Position numbers and translations under genes: made by a program. The notes beneath the pieces are model-generated. The model did no database searches. It worked only from the letters and a program-made list of their open reading frames with translations, and had not been told where the DNA came from. A stretch of DNA of 46,635 nucleotides from an uncultured Nitrosomonas sp. (lineage in GTDB: Bacteria; Pseudomonadota; Gammaproteobacteria; Burkholderiales; Nitrosomonadaceae). The stretch spans positions 1 to 46,635 of the forward strand of contig CBFGXU010000001.1 in NCBI GenBank assembly GCA_965652935.1, written 5' to 3'. This document shows positions 11,483-20,310 of the stretch, one piece after another. The first letter of the stretch is position 1. Every line of letters begins with the position of its first letter.

Positions 11483-11498
11483 TGTAAATTATTCAACA
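11483..11498. promoter_or_regulatory. TGT-N10-ACA box upstream of DUF763 gene
   Basis: TGTAAATTATTCAACA, 80-95 bp before the start; core match only. Confidence 0.3.
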
Positions 11499-11578
11499 TC
11501 ATGGGCCTTCTTTTAACAGTCAGGCCCCATTTACTAAAATTCGCTTAACTTAAAAACACTAGCTCGTTAAAATCAACC

Positions 11579-12826
11579 ATGGCCCAAAGAACCGGCAATG
11601 CTACCTTACCTCTTCATTATGGACAGGTACCTCAATGGCTGTCCGACCGCATGACGAGACTTGGAACGGTAATGTGCGAAGCAATTATTCATCATTATGG
11701 ACGCGATGAATTATTGCGAAGACTTGCTCATCCTTTCTGGTTTCAGTCCTTTGGCGCTGTGATGGGAATGGACTGGCATTCATCGGGTATCACAACAAGT
11801 GTGATGGGCGCCTTAAAGAGAGGTCTTACTCCCTTAGCAGGCGAGCTTGGTATTCATGTATGTGGCGGGCGTGGGAAATACTCCCGTCAGACACCCCATG
11901 AACTTATCAGAATTGGTGAACGTGTGGGATTGAAAGGGGATGAACTGGCACAATCCAGCAGATTAGTTGCGAAAGTCGACAGTGCTGCCATTCAAGATGG
12001 CTACGATCTTTATTTGCATAGTTTTGTTGTCACCGATGACGGAAAATGGGCCGTTATCCAGCAGGGTATGAATGGGAACACTAAACAAGCAAGACGTTAT
12101 CATTGGCTCTCGGAAGGCCTTGAAAGTTTTATTGAGACGCCGCACACAGCCATAGAAGGACACACACAAGGCAATATTATCAATCTTACGGATCACCGTG
12201 CGAGTAAATCACGGTCAGGACAAATTGAACTTTTGCATTTACTGGGTCCTGAAAAGATTATGAGCGAATTGTCCAGGTTACTGGGACAGGACAATGAATT
12301 TAAACAAACACCACAACTGACTCTGCCACATCTTATTATGCCAAGTCACCATGAGGTGCGCGCGCAAAATATCTCGATAAAAAAATTGCATGGCAATCTT
12401 GCTGCAGCAGCCGATTGCGGTCCAAAAGATTTTGCCGAATTGCTACTAATCCCCGGTGTCGGGGCGAGGACCGTACAGGCACTGGCTATGGTTTCTGAAG
12501 TGGTGCACGGAGCACCTTATCGGTTTTCAGATCCAGCACGTTTTTCGTTAGCGCATGGCGGCAAGGATCGTCATCCTTTTCCTGTTCCTGTGCGTGTATA
12601 TGATGAAACCATCCGGGTATTAAAATCAGCCATTCACAAAGCAAGGCTAGGAAGAGAAGAGGAGCTAAGCGCTATCAAGCGGCTTGATGAGGAAGCACGT
12701 CGATTAGAAAAGCACATTATTTCAGGCCCTTCGATTGAAGAACTGTTAAAGCATGAGCATAATATTTCGCCATACTATGGTGGACGTAGTGTAGGTGGGA
12801 TCGAAAAATTTCCAAATAAGAGTTAA
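11579..12826 (+). CDS. DUF763 domain protein
   Basis: G.A.LPLHYG.VP.WL, WFQSFGAVMGMDWHSSGITT, KVDSAAIQDGY, HhH-like LLIPGVGART, HGGKDRHPFPV. Confidence 0.9.
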   Translation: MAQRTGNATLPLHYGQVPQWLSDRMTRLGTVMCEAIIHHYGRDELLRRLAHPFWFQSFGAVMGMDWHSSGITTSVMGALKRGLTPLAGELGIHVCGGRGKYSRQTPHELIRIGERVGLKGDELAQSSRLVAKVDSAAIQDGYDLYLHSFVVTDDGKWAVIQQGMNGNTKQARRYHWLSEGLESFIETPHTAIEGHTQGNIINLTDHRASKSRSGQIELLHLLGPEKIMSELSRLLGQDNEFKQTPQLTLPHLIMPSHHEVRAQNISIKKLHGNLAAAADCGPKDFAELLLIPGVGARTVQALAMVSEVVHGAPYRFSDPARFSLAHGGKDRHPFPVPVRVYDETIRVLKSAIHKARLGREEELSAIKRLDEEARRLEKHIISGPSIEELLKHEHNISPYYGGRSVGGIEKFPNKS

Positions 12827-12832
12827 TGAAGA

Positions 12833-12859
12833 ACCCCCGCCCCGAGAGGCGGGTTTTTC
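12833..12859 (+). terminator. Rho-independent terminator after DUF763
   Basis: CCCGCC-ccgaga-GGCGGG stem followed by TTTTT. Confidence 0.75.
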
Positions 12860-12994
12860 ATTTCGTCATTGTGGTTGTAAATAAGGTTTAACTGAGCTGG
12901 ATTTCGAAGTTCTTCCGATGATGCAAAGCCTTAAAGAAGCTTAACCATAATTCGATTTGGCGGTTTTTTTATTGCCGAGTTAATTTCTCTGCTG

Positions 12995-13015
12995 GATGTG
13001 ACTTTGCGCACAGAC
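12995..13015 (+). promoter_or_regulatory. Crp/Fnr-like operator GATGTG..TTT.CG.ACAGAC (copy 1)
   Basis: GATGTGACTTTGCGCACAGAC; near-copy at 13532-13552; about 143 bp before the micro-ORF start. Confidence 0.6.
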
Positions 13016-13139
13016 TGGCGAGCGAGATTTCCCCATTATTAGGCTTCACTAAAGTAAGAGGGCGTTTAGAATGAAAATTTTACTTTACTTTTGAATTGAG
13101 TTTTGAAGCGGCAAAGTACTAATTTTTAAGGAGCAAGAC

Positions 13140-13292
13140 ATGAGCATACTTTTAAGTTCGAACCTTCCAGCACCTAATATCCCACCTCAAGAAAAGCTTC
13201 CAGGAATGCTACCGGTCTATAAACAGCCGATCGCATTTCCACCGCCTAAGACTCTACCTCCTCAGCGGGAACCATCCCATCTATATCATTAA
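13140..13292 (+). CDS. Proline-rich 50-aa micro-protein (below the ORF-track cutoff)
   Basis: TAAGGAG RBS 6 nt before the ATG; MSILLSSNLPAPNIPPQEKLPGMLPVYKQPIAFPPPKTLPPQREPSHLYH*. Confidence 0.5.
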   Translation: MSILLSSNLPAPNIPPQEKLPGMLPVYKQPIAFPPPKTLPPQREPSHLYH

Positions 13293-13531
13293 AAAATAAA
13301 TTCTTAACGCACAGTAACTTATTTTACCCGGCCGAGTTGTAATTACGGCTCTTATTCGCACGTCACCGCAACGACGAACCTTGCCTATACCTCTGAGGCG
13401 TGCTTGCTCGTTCCCATACTTATACTTTACGGCTATTGACGCCGCAGGTATCTCCATTTGATGGATATCCTTCATTCAGGCTAACTCATGCGTGTCAGGA
13501 GGCTTTCACTATTGACAAAAGCCGGAGTAAA

Positions 13532-13552
13532 GATGTGCGTTTTCGAACAGAC
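13532..13552 (+). promoter_or_regulatory. Crp/Fnr-like operator (copy 2)
   Basis: GATGTGCGTTTTCGAACAGAC, about 135 bp before the 13669 start. Confidence 0.6.
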
Positions 13553-13668
13553 AGACACAGTTTTTTTTATGAAAATTGAGAAGTTGTAGCTGATCTTAAT
13601 AAGCATTGAATTTATGAACAATAGCCTATTAATTTGAATTTATTTCCTATCAAGTTGGAGAATTAAAA

Positions 13669-13953
13669 ATGAAAAAAACTATCATGACATTATTCGCTAT
13701 CTTATTCCTCACCATAGCTTCACCTGGTTTTTCAGCCAGTGAAAGCGCTGAGAGAAGGGCAGATAGATTGGAAGATAAAGCGGATCAGATTAGAGAAGCA
13801 GATGAAGATGCGCGCGATGCCCTTGAAGAGGCAGGTGAAAAAGCTGCCGACAGAAAAGAAGAGGAAGCTAAGCAGCTTAGAAAAGCTTCTGAAGATAAGG
13901 CCGATAGAATGGAAGAAGACGCCGATAAAGTAAGGAAAGCTACAGAGAAGTAA
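13669..13953 (+). CDS. Small secreted, highly charged helical (LEA/hydrophilin-like) protein
   Basis: GGAG RBS; Sec signal peptide ending GFSA; mature part almost entirely A/E/D/K/R with repeats ADRLEDKADQIR and ADRMEEDADKVR. Confidence 0.8.
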   Translation: MKKTIMTLFAILFLTIASPGFSASESAERRADRLEDKADQIREADEDARDALEEAGEKAADRKEEEAKQLRKASEDKADRMEEDADKVRKATEK

Positions 13954-14097
13954 TCCTCGCTGATAAGCAACTGACTCTTTGATCCTTGCGGTAACCAGCG
14001 GCTCAGTTTGTACATCAACTGGGGGTCACCAAACATAACGGCACAGGGATATCTATATATTCTAGGCGTTATCCAAGAAAACTGGAGGAGATAAAGC

Positions 14098-15531
14098 ATG
14101 GCATTTTCAAATCCGGTCACCAGCCCATCTGCTGGTAACGCATATATCGATGGTTTGCTATGGGGCAGCCATTGGAATGACCCTGCCGCCGGAACTCGTT
14201 TAAAGGTATATATCGCAGGACAGAGCGGGAATGAGGTTTTCGATTTCGGGGGCACTGCTGTCACAGCTCATACCGCTTCTTCGGAAATCACAGCATTCCT
14301 GAGCGGCATGCAGCTCATCGAGAATGTCTGCAATATTGCTTTTCAGACGGCAACGAGTAAGGCGGATGCCGACATTATTGTCGGCGCTGTGAGCAATTCC
14401 GACGCGGGCGGTAGTCTTGGCAGCGCAGTTCCACCCGGCGAAGATACCGGGCCGGTAGCCGATCGTCAGGGCGCAGAGATTATCAATTCTGATGCTTATT
14501 TCTCGACTGATTATTCAAGTCTCAAACAGGGCGGTTATGATTTCGCTACCGTCATCCATGAGTTTGGCCACACGATTGGATTAAAACATCCTCATGATTC
14601 AGGAGGTGGCGGTCGACCGAACTTTCCCGGTGTTACGACCGCATTTGAAGATTATGGGGATTTCAATCTCAATCAGGGCCTTTATACGATGATGACGTAT
14701 AACGACGGCTGGCAGACAGGTCCGAAGGGTCCGCTAGATCCCACCAGCATTTCAGGCTATGGATATCAAGGTACACCCATGGCCTTCGATGTTGCCGCTT
14801 TGCAATTTCTCTACGGCGCCAACACCAGTTTTCACACTGGAGACAACGTTTACACGCTCAGCTCGGCTAATGCCTCAGGGACATTCTATTCGTGCATTTG
14901 GGATACGGGTGGCATCGACACCATTCGCAACTCATCGGCCAAAGACTCGACAATAGATTTGCGTACCGCGACGCTTCTGCATGCGGCGAATGGCGGTGGC
15001 TATTTATCCGCCGTTGATGGCATCGATGGGGGTTTCACAATTGCCAAGGGTGTTGTGATAGAAAATGCAACAGGCGGTGCCGGCGTTGATGGGCTCACAG
15101 GCAATTCAGCAGTAAACACGCTGAGTGGCAAAGGGGGTAATGATCGCATCAATGCATTAGAGGGTGCGGACAAAATCATCGGCGGGGGCGGTGCCGATAC
15201 ATTAACGGGCGGTGGTGGCGCTGACGATTTCGTCTATACTGCCGCCAGCGACAGCGGCGGTATATTCGATGTGATCAAGGACTTCGTGCATAAGCAAGAT
15301 GATATCGATGTCTCTGCAATTGATGCAAACGGTGCTCTCACCGGCAATGCGACATTCGTCTTTCGCGGAAGCTCGGCCTTCACCGGCGCAGGCGCAGAAG
15401 TACGATTTGCACAAAACGTAGCGAATAACTTTACGAACGTTTTGTTTGACATTGATGGCGATCGAATTTCCGATATGACAATTCGCTTGACGGGTTTGAT
15501 TGATCTGGATGCATCTGATTTTATTTTGTAA
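14098..15531 (+). CDS. Serralysin-like M10B metalloprotease with RTX Ca-binding repeats
   Basis: HEFGHTIGLKHPH, Met-turn TMMTY, IWDTGGIDT, IENATGG, GGxGxD repeats; no signal peptide; GGAGG RBS. Confidence 0.9.
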   Translation: MAFSNPVTSPSAGNAYIDGLLWGSHWNDPAAGTRLKVYIAGQSGNEVFDFGGTAVTAHTASSEITAFLSGMQLIENVCNIAFQTATSKADADIIVGAVSNSDAGGSLGSAVPPGEDTGPVADRQGAEIINSDAYFSTDYSSLKQGGYDFATVIHEFGHTIGLKHPHDSGGGGRPNFPGVTTAFEDYGDFNLNQGLYTMMTYNDGWQTGPKGPLDPTSISGYGYQGTPMAFDVAALQFLYGANTSFHTGDNVYTLSSANASGTFYSCIWDTGGIDTIRNSSAKDSTIDLRTATLLHAANGGGYLSAVDGIDGGFTIAKGVVIENATGGAGVDGLTGNSAVNTLSGKGGNDRINALEGADKIIGGGGADTLTGGGGADDFVYTAASDSGGIFDVIKDFVHKQDDIDVSAIDANGALTGNATFVFRGSSAFTGAGAEVRFAQNVANNFTNVLFDIDGDRISDMTIRLTGLIDLDASDFIL

Positions 15532-15633
15532 ATAATACTTCTTCCTATCTTGCGGAATTAAACAGCGCAGAAGAGATGAAAGCCCTTCACTTCGAATGAA
15601 AGAAGAACTTCGCGCATACCCGTGCATCAACAG

Positions 15634-16518
15634 TTATTGAGCGGAAAAACCACTTGCAGGCGCTTTCGAATCAGTCGAAGAAGATGGCGAGGAAAAAGGT
15701 GAGGCGCCACCACCTTTAGAAGGTGCAGATTGCGGTGAGAAGGGTGAAGAGCCGGTAGCTGGTGTGGACGCACCCCCTGGCTTTGCGGGTGCAGACCCGG
15801 TCGCAGCTGGGGCTTTCTTGGTATCCCCTGGTTTATAAATGAACTGCCAATCTTTATAAGTAGTTGCTTCAGAAAATTTCGCTAGATGTTCAGGAAACTG
15901 GTCCTTCTTAATGGGTCTTTTTTCAGAGAGGCTATAAATACCAGTAATTCCTTTAGCGATACTGGAACCGACTCCTGAGCTCTTACTGGGTGCTGAACTG
16001 GTGGCAGTCGCAGCGCTCTTACTGGATGGTTGGGTAGTGCTGGATGATTGATTATTGGTCAGGGGGTTGCTGCCGGGTGATTGAGGATTACCGGCCAGAG
16101 GGTTGCCGCCGGATGCTGGGTTAGCGCCAGGCGATTGAAGATTATCGGATGCTGGACTACCACTGGCTGAAGAGGCGCCACTGGGCGCGGCACTGCTATC
16201 GGATGATTCATGAATAAGACCCCATTCTGTGGTGTTGGTAATCGGATCGATATAGATTTTGCGTAAGTGACGGCGAATGTTCGGTGTACGACTATCCTGC
16301 AGTAAATCTTCCAGTGAATTGGGATATTGTTTAGGGCCATTGTTGTAATAGGACATGATGGCTTTGCGGAATTCTTCACCGATAAACATCAGTTCTACTT
16401 CTTTTTCCCGCTGTGACTTTGTTTGCCATATTTGTCCGGCTCCTGCCATGGCAATTCCGGCCAGCATGACCGAGAATAAAGCCCAAAGGTAAACAAAGCC
16501 GTTTTCTAAACGAGGCAT
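15634..16518 (-). CDS. T2SS minor pseudopilin-like protein with Ser/Pro/Gly-rich insertions
   Basis: G|FVYLWALF prepilin-like N-terminus without Glu5; QREKEVELMFIG, RRHLRKIYIDP, TYKDWQF. Confidence 0.8.
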   Translation of the reverse strand: MPRLENGFVYLWALFSVMLAGIAMAGAGQIWQTKSQREKEVELMFIGEEFRKAIMSYYNNGPKQYPNSLEDLLQDSRTPNIRRHLRKIYIDPITNTTEWGLIHESSDSSAAPSGASSASGSPASDNLQSPGANPASGGNPLAGNPQSPGSNPLTNNQSSSTTQPSSKSAATATSSAPSKSSGVGSSIAKGITGIYSLSEKRPIKKDQFPEHLAKFSEATTYKDWQFIYKPGDTKKAPAATGSAPAKPGGASTPATGSSPFSPQSAPSKGGGASPFSSPSSSTDSKAPASGFSAQ

Positions 16519-16557
16519 ATCATCTTGCCCTGCAAATTAAAAACTGGCTGGCGATCA

Positions 16558-16941
16558 TTACCATTCTTCATAAAATGAACCATCAGCTGCCCGCCCTTGG
16601 TAACCGCTATGGACATCATACACACCGGCTTCTGCTGGATTCTTGGGAGGAACTACAATCCACGTTTCCTTGCTTTCAGTAAATGGATCTACCGGAATGT
16701 TGCGCAAGTATCTTTTATCAACCAGTTCTTCCAGATCAATGGGATATTTGCCAAAATCAGAATAAAACTGATCAATGGCATTACGCATGATGCCGAGGTC
16801 CTGCCGCAGCACAGCCTCTTTGGCTTTATCGAGCGAACTGAAATAACGCGGAGCGACAATACTTAACAAGGTTGCGATGATCGCCATCACCACTAATAAT
16901 TCAATCAGGGTAAAACCCTTGTGCCGCTGATTCCTAAGCAT
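16558..16941 (-). CDS. GspG-like pseudopilin
   Basis: KG|FTLIELLVV; AIDQFYSDFGKYP; YLRNIPVDP. Confidence 0.9.
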   Translation of the reverse strand: MLRNQRHKGFTLIELLVVMAIIATLLSIVAPRYFSSLDKAKEAVLRQDLGIMRNAIDQFYSDFGKYPIDLEELVDKRYLRNIPVDPFTESKETWIVVPPKNPAEAGVYDVHSGYQGRAADGSFYEEW

Positions 16942-16947
16942 AAGCCA

Positions 16948-17460
16948 TTACCATTCTCGATAAGGAATACCGTTAAGACCGATGGCTTCTGAAAGCGAAT
17001 AAACATCAAAAACATCATCGCCTTCTTTGGGACTATCCCATGGGCTTTCATAGCTGCGCTTGCCCCAGGTATCCACAGCCGGGGTCACTGCGGTACCGGC
17101 GACATCCAACTCAACAAACATAGGATCCCTAGGTAAGCGGCGCAGAAAATAAATAATTTTCTTGTCGGGACTTTTGACATCCAGCACCCCCATGAACAAT
17201 TCTTCCAATCGGGGAGGATAACCGGATTCATCCGCTTTTTTAGCGATGCGTCCTTCGTCTGCAGCCTGCTTATAAGCATCGATTGCGGTACGGATTTGCC
17301 GCAAGGCGGTGCGTAATTCCTGCTCCTTCTGACGTTGCACCATGAGTTCTCGAAAAGGCAAAGCAGCCGTTGCCAGAATGCCCATGATTGCCACCACAAT
17401 CATTAATTCAATCAGCGTAAAACCCTGGTTCCTGTTTAAGTTTCTGAACGAACGTCTCAT
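16948..17460 (-). CDS. GspG-like pseudopilin
   Basis: QG|FTLIELMIV; IRTAIDAYK; FLRRLPRDP; GIPYREW. Confidence 0.9.
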   Translation of the reverse strand: MRRSFRNLNRNQGFTLIELMIVVAIMGILATAALPFRELMVQRQKEQELRTALRQIRTAIDAYKQAADEGRIAKKADESGYPPRLEELFMGVLDVKSPDKKIIYFLRRLPRDPMFVELDVAGTAVTPAVDTWGKRSYESPWDSPKEGDDVFDVYSLSEAIGLNGIPYREW

Positions 17461-19736
17461 TTAATATTGATCGTCGCCGGTGGCGGTAACGTCACCTCGA
17501 CCGAGTCGCCATGTTCAATATCTTCTGCAGTGACATTCTGGATATTAATTTCTGTCGTTCCTGGATTAGCTGCAATCACCTTGAAACGTAACTGTGTAGC
17601 CAAACCAGCCGTTTGCTCCTTACCTAACTTGATGGTGCGTGAGCCCGATTTGGGTCCGCCATCCAGAGCCTCCAGCACGCTGGCTTCGTAATTGAGCTGG
17701 ACATCTGCGTTCACGGTAGCTTTAGCACCCACCAGCCGGACATTCACTGAGAATTCTTTATCCAGGCCCACATTGGTGGGTGCTTGCATGGTCAGAGAAG
17801 GATTTGTCGTTGAAACATTTGCAAAAGGATTCGGGGCGGTTTGCTGATCAGCAGGGGGCGCAAAGGCATCCGATACCGCTCTTGCAGCGCCTTGAGCTGG
17901 ACCAGCCGGCGCTATGGCCAATGATTGTGCCGCAGTCTTCTGGATAGCGACCGGTAATTTACCTGCTTCGCTGGCGGTGCCAAAATGATATTCGCTTTCC
18001 AGGTTGGTCTGTTTGGGAAGATTACGAATGATATGCGGTGTAATTAATAGAACAATTTCATTCTTGGAACGGTTTACCTTTTGATTCGACGTCAACCGAT
18101 CCAAACCAGGAATATTGAGCAATCCTGCCAGCCCACCTATGCTTCTGGTTTCCCTATTATCAATAAGCCCTGCCAGTACCTGAGTTTCTCCGTCTTTCAA
18201 GGTTAACATTGTTTCCGCATTGCGGGTTCCGATAAGTGGAGCAGTTGCGTTGCTTGGACCCGTGATATCGCTGATTCTGCTACTTACTTCCAGTGTGATC
18301 TTCATCGTGACATCACCATTCACCCCAACGCGCGGCTCGACATCCAGCTTGACCCCCAAATCAATAAAGGTCGGTGTTGAAGTAACAACAGCAGTTATAC
18401 CTGGTTGAACATTGGCGGTAAAGAAAGGCCGCTTCTCACCCACATGAATCTTGGCTTTTTCACGGTTAGCTACCCGAATTCTGGGATTTGCAAGTACATC
18501 ACCTGTTGATAGAGTTTGTTTAAAATCGATTGCCGCCTGATTAGCTATGGTAAAGCTTTTAAGGCCAAAATCATTAGCACCAATCTGATTCAATATAGCC
18601 GTTGCTGGGGGAGCAGCTGCACCCACACCTGTTAACCCACTGAATGTAACGGATGTAGGAAGAGTAGGACCTAAAAGAAAGTCATTGTTGCGCGCGATGT
18701 CCAGGATTGCCACATCCAGCATCACCTCCGGTTCAGCCAGATCATTTAATGTCACCAATCGCTCCGTCAGACGAATGGCTTCGAGCGTATCGCGCATGAT
18801 AAACAGATTGAGTTGTTCATTGACGTAAATGTCTTTTGCCTTGACGATACCTCTGACCATCGCAACCATTTGTTTCACATCCGTATACGCGACTTGAAAG
18901 CTGCGCACAACCAACTCCTGATAATCTTTCTGTTTCGCCGGGGTATTCGGATAGATCAATAGAGAGTTGTTATTGAGTACTTTATAAGCCAGTTGATTGG
19001 TCGTGAGTAATAACTTGAGAATATCCTCGATGGTGTTATTACGCACAAAAACAGAAACTTTAGTGTCTTGCCGAATATCCTTGTCAAAAACAAAATTAAT
19101 GCCAGCCGTCCGCGACATGATTTCAAAGACCGATTTCAGATCGGTATCTTTAAATTCCATGGTCAGTGCCTTTTTAAAGGCAGACTCGAGTGCCAGATGG
19201 GTTACTTCAGGGCGCGATAAGTGTGAATTGATTTCTGAAATCAGCTGGCGAGCATGAGATTGTTGCGGGTTCTCCTGCAATATCGCACGAACAAGCGTTT
19301 CTGCTTTAGCCAGATCATTGCGCGCCAGCAATGCTTTCGCGGACTCTACGGAAGCGATATGGCGGCGTTCTAATTTCAGCGCTTCGATGCCTTCCTTGGC
19401 CCGCTCATTGAATGGGTACATGCTCAGGACACGCTGATAGTTCCGTTCAGCTTGATCCAAATCGCCCGCAAAGCGCAGGTTATCCGCATCAAACAGTAAT
19501 TTGCCTAGCACTTGATCGCGGGCCCGTATCAACATGGTGCGGATTTCCTTATTCTCGGGTTCCTCGCGTGCCGCTTGCTCGAGTTTTTCCAGTCCGCTCT
19601 CTAATTTGCCTTGAGCAATCAGTTTCTGTGCTTCAGAAAATGCAAAGTTTCTAGTAAAAAATGATCGGTTATCGATTGCACAGCCTGCAGTGACCGCGAG
19701 CACTATGCTAAGGATAATAATTCTCCAGCTTTTCAT
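17457..19736 (-). CDS. Lipoprotein secretin (GspD-like) with TPR N-terminus and C-terminal cohesin-like beta domain
   Basis: Lipobox TAGC; TPR-like helices; STN-like INFVFDKDI; LANPRIRVANREKAKIHVG, LKDGETQVLAGLI, IVLLITPHI. Confidence 0.88.
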   Translation of the reverse strand: MKSWRIIILSIVLAVTAGCAIDNRSFFTRNFAFSEAQKLIAQGKLESGLEKLEQAAREEPENKEIRTMLIRARDQVLGKLLFDADNLRFAGDLDQAERNYQRVLSMYPFNERAKEGIEALKLERRHIASVESAKALLARNDLAKAETLVRAILQENPQQSHARQLISEINSHLSRPEVTHLALESAFKKALTMEFKDTDLKSVFEIMSRTAGINFVFDKDIRQDTKVSVFVRNNTIEDILKLLLTTNQLAYKVLNNNSLLIYPNTPAKQKDYQELVVRSFQVAYTDVKQMVAMVRGIVKAKDIYVNEQLNLFIMRDTLEAIRLTERLVTLNDLAEPEVMLDVAILDIARNNDFLLGPTLPTSVTFSGLTGVGAAAPPATAILNQIGANDFGLKSFTIANQAAIDFKQTLSTGDVLANPRIRVANREKAKIHVGEKRPFFTANVQPGITAVVTSTPTFIDLGVKLDVEPRVGVNGDVTMKITLEVSSRISDITGPSNATAPLIGTRNAETMLTLKDGETQVLAGLIDNRETRSIGGLAGLLNIPGLDRLTSNQKVNRSKNEIVLLITPHIIRNLPKQTNLESEYHFGTASEAGKLPVAIQKTAAQSLAIAPAGPAQGAARAVSDAFAPPADQQTAPNPFANVSTTNPSLTMQAPTNVGLDKEFSVNVRLVGAKATVNADVQLNYEASVLEALDGGPKSGSRTIKLGKEQTAGLATQLRFKVIAANPGTTEINIQNVTAEDIEHGDSVEVTLPPPATINIK

Positions 19737-20305
19737 CGAAAACTTCCTGCAATTTTATTATTGATTGTAAGTGTCTGTTTGATGTTCAGTGGCAGATAAG
19801 TTAGGGTAATCGCATCGTCATTGATAGAATCCAGCCGGTATTTATCATCAATTTTTGTACCAACTTTAGCAATGTGATTTTCTCCTGATTGAGAAAGAAA
19901 AACCCAGGTTTCATTATCTGCGATTGCCTTACCGGCATACTTGAATTGTAACGGCGGTGCTGTGGGTGCTGGCGGAGGAGCTGATGCTTTTTCTTTTGCC
20001 ATTTGTTCAGCTTTGGTCGCTTGTTCTTCCAGGCTGATTGGAGGCTGTTTAGGCGCCCATGTGGTGGACACAAATAACTCTCCCGCTGACGGATTAAACT
20101 TTCTTTGACCAAGCTTACTCACATCCAGAGACTCGGATTGACCTTCCTGAGCTTTTATCCTATCGCCGGGTGATCTGGCGGGTTGTACCGGTTGCACGGT
20201 ATCTATCGTGTTTTCCTCATCTTCTTCGACCAACACAACGGCAATCAGCGTTGCGATCAAAGCACTGCCCAATAATAATTTTCGTCTTTTTTCAACTGAA
20301 TCCAT
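19733..20305 (-). CDS. T2SS-operon hypothetical protein (GspC/PilP-like position)
   Basis: N-terminal TM helix, Pro-rich linker, PPLQFKYAGK...KYRLDSI; translationally coupled to the secretin. Confidence 0.7.
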   Translation of the reverse strand: MDSVEKRRKLLLGSALIATLIAVVLVEEDEENTIDTVQPVQPARSPGDRIKAQEGQSESLDVSKLGQRKFNPSAGELFVSTTWAPKQPPISLEEQATKAEQMAKEKASAPPPAPTAPPLQFKYAGKAIADNETWVFLSQSGENHIAKVGTKIDDKYRLDSINDDAITLTYLPLNIKQTLTINNKIAGSFR

Positions 20306-20310
20306 CGGGT

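Noticed and set aside
13281-13475. 64-aa minus-strand ORF
   Set aside because: No RBS and atypical composition; the segment looks non-coding.
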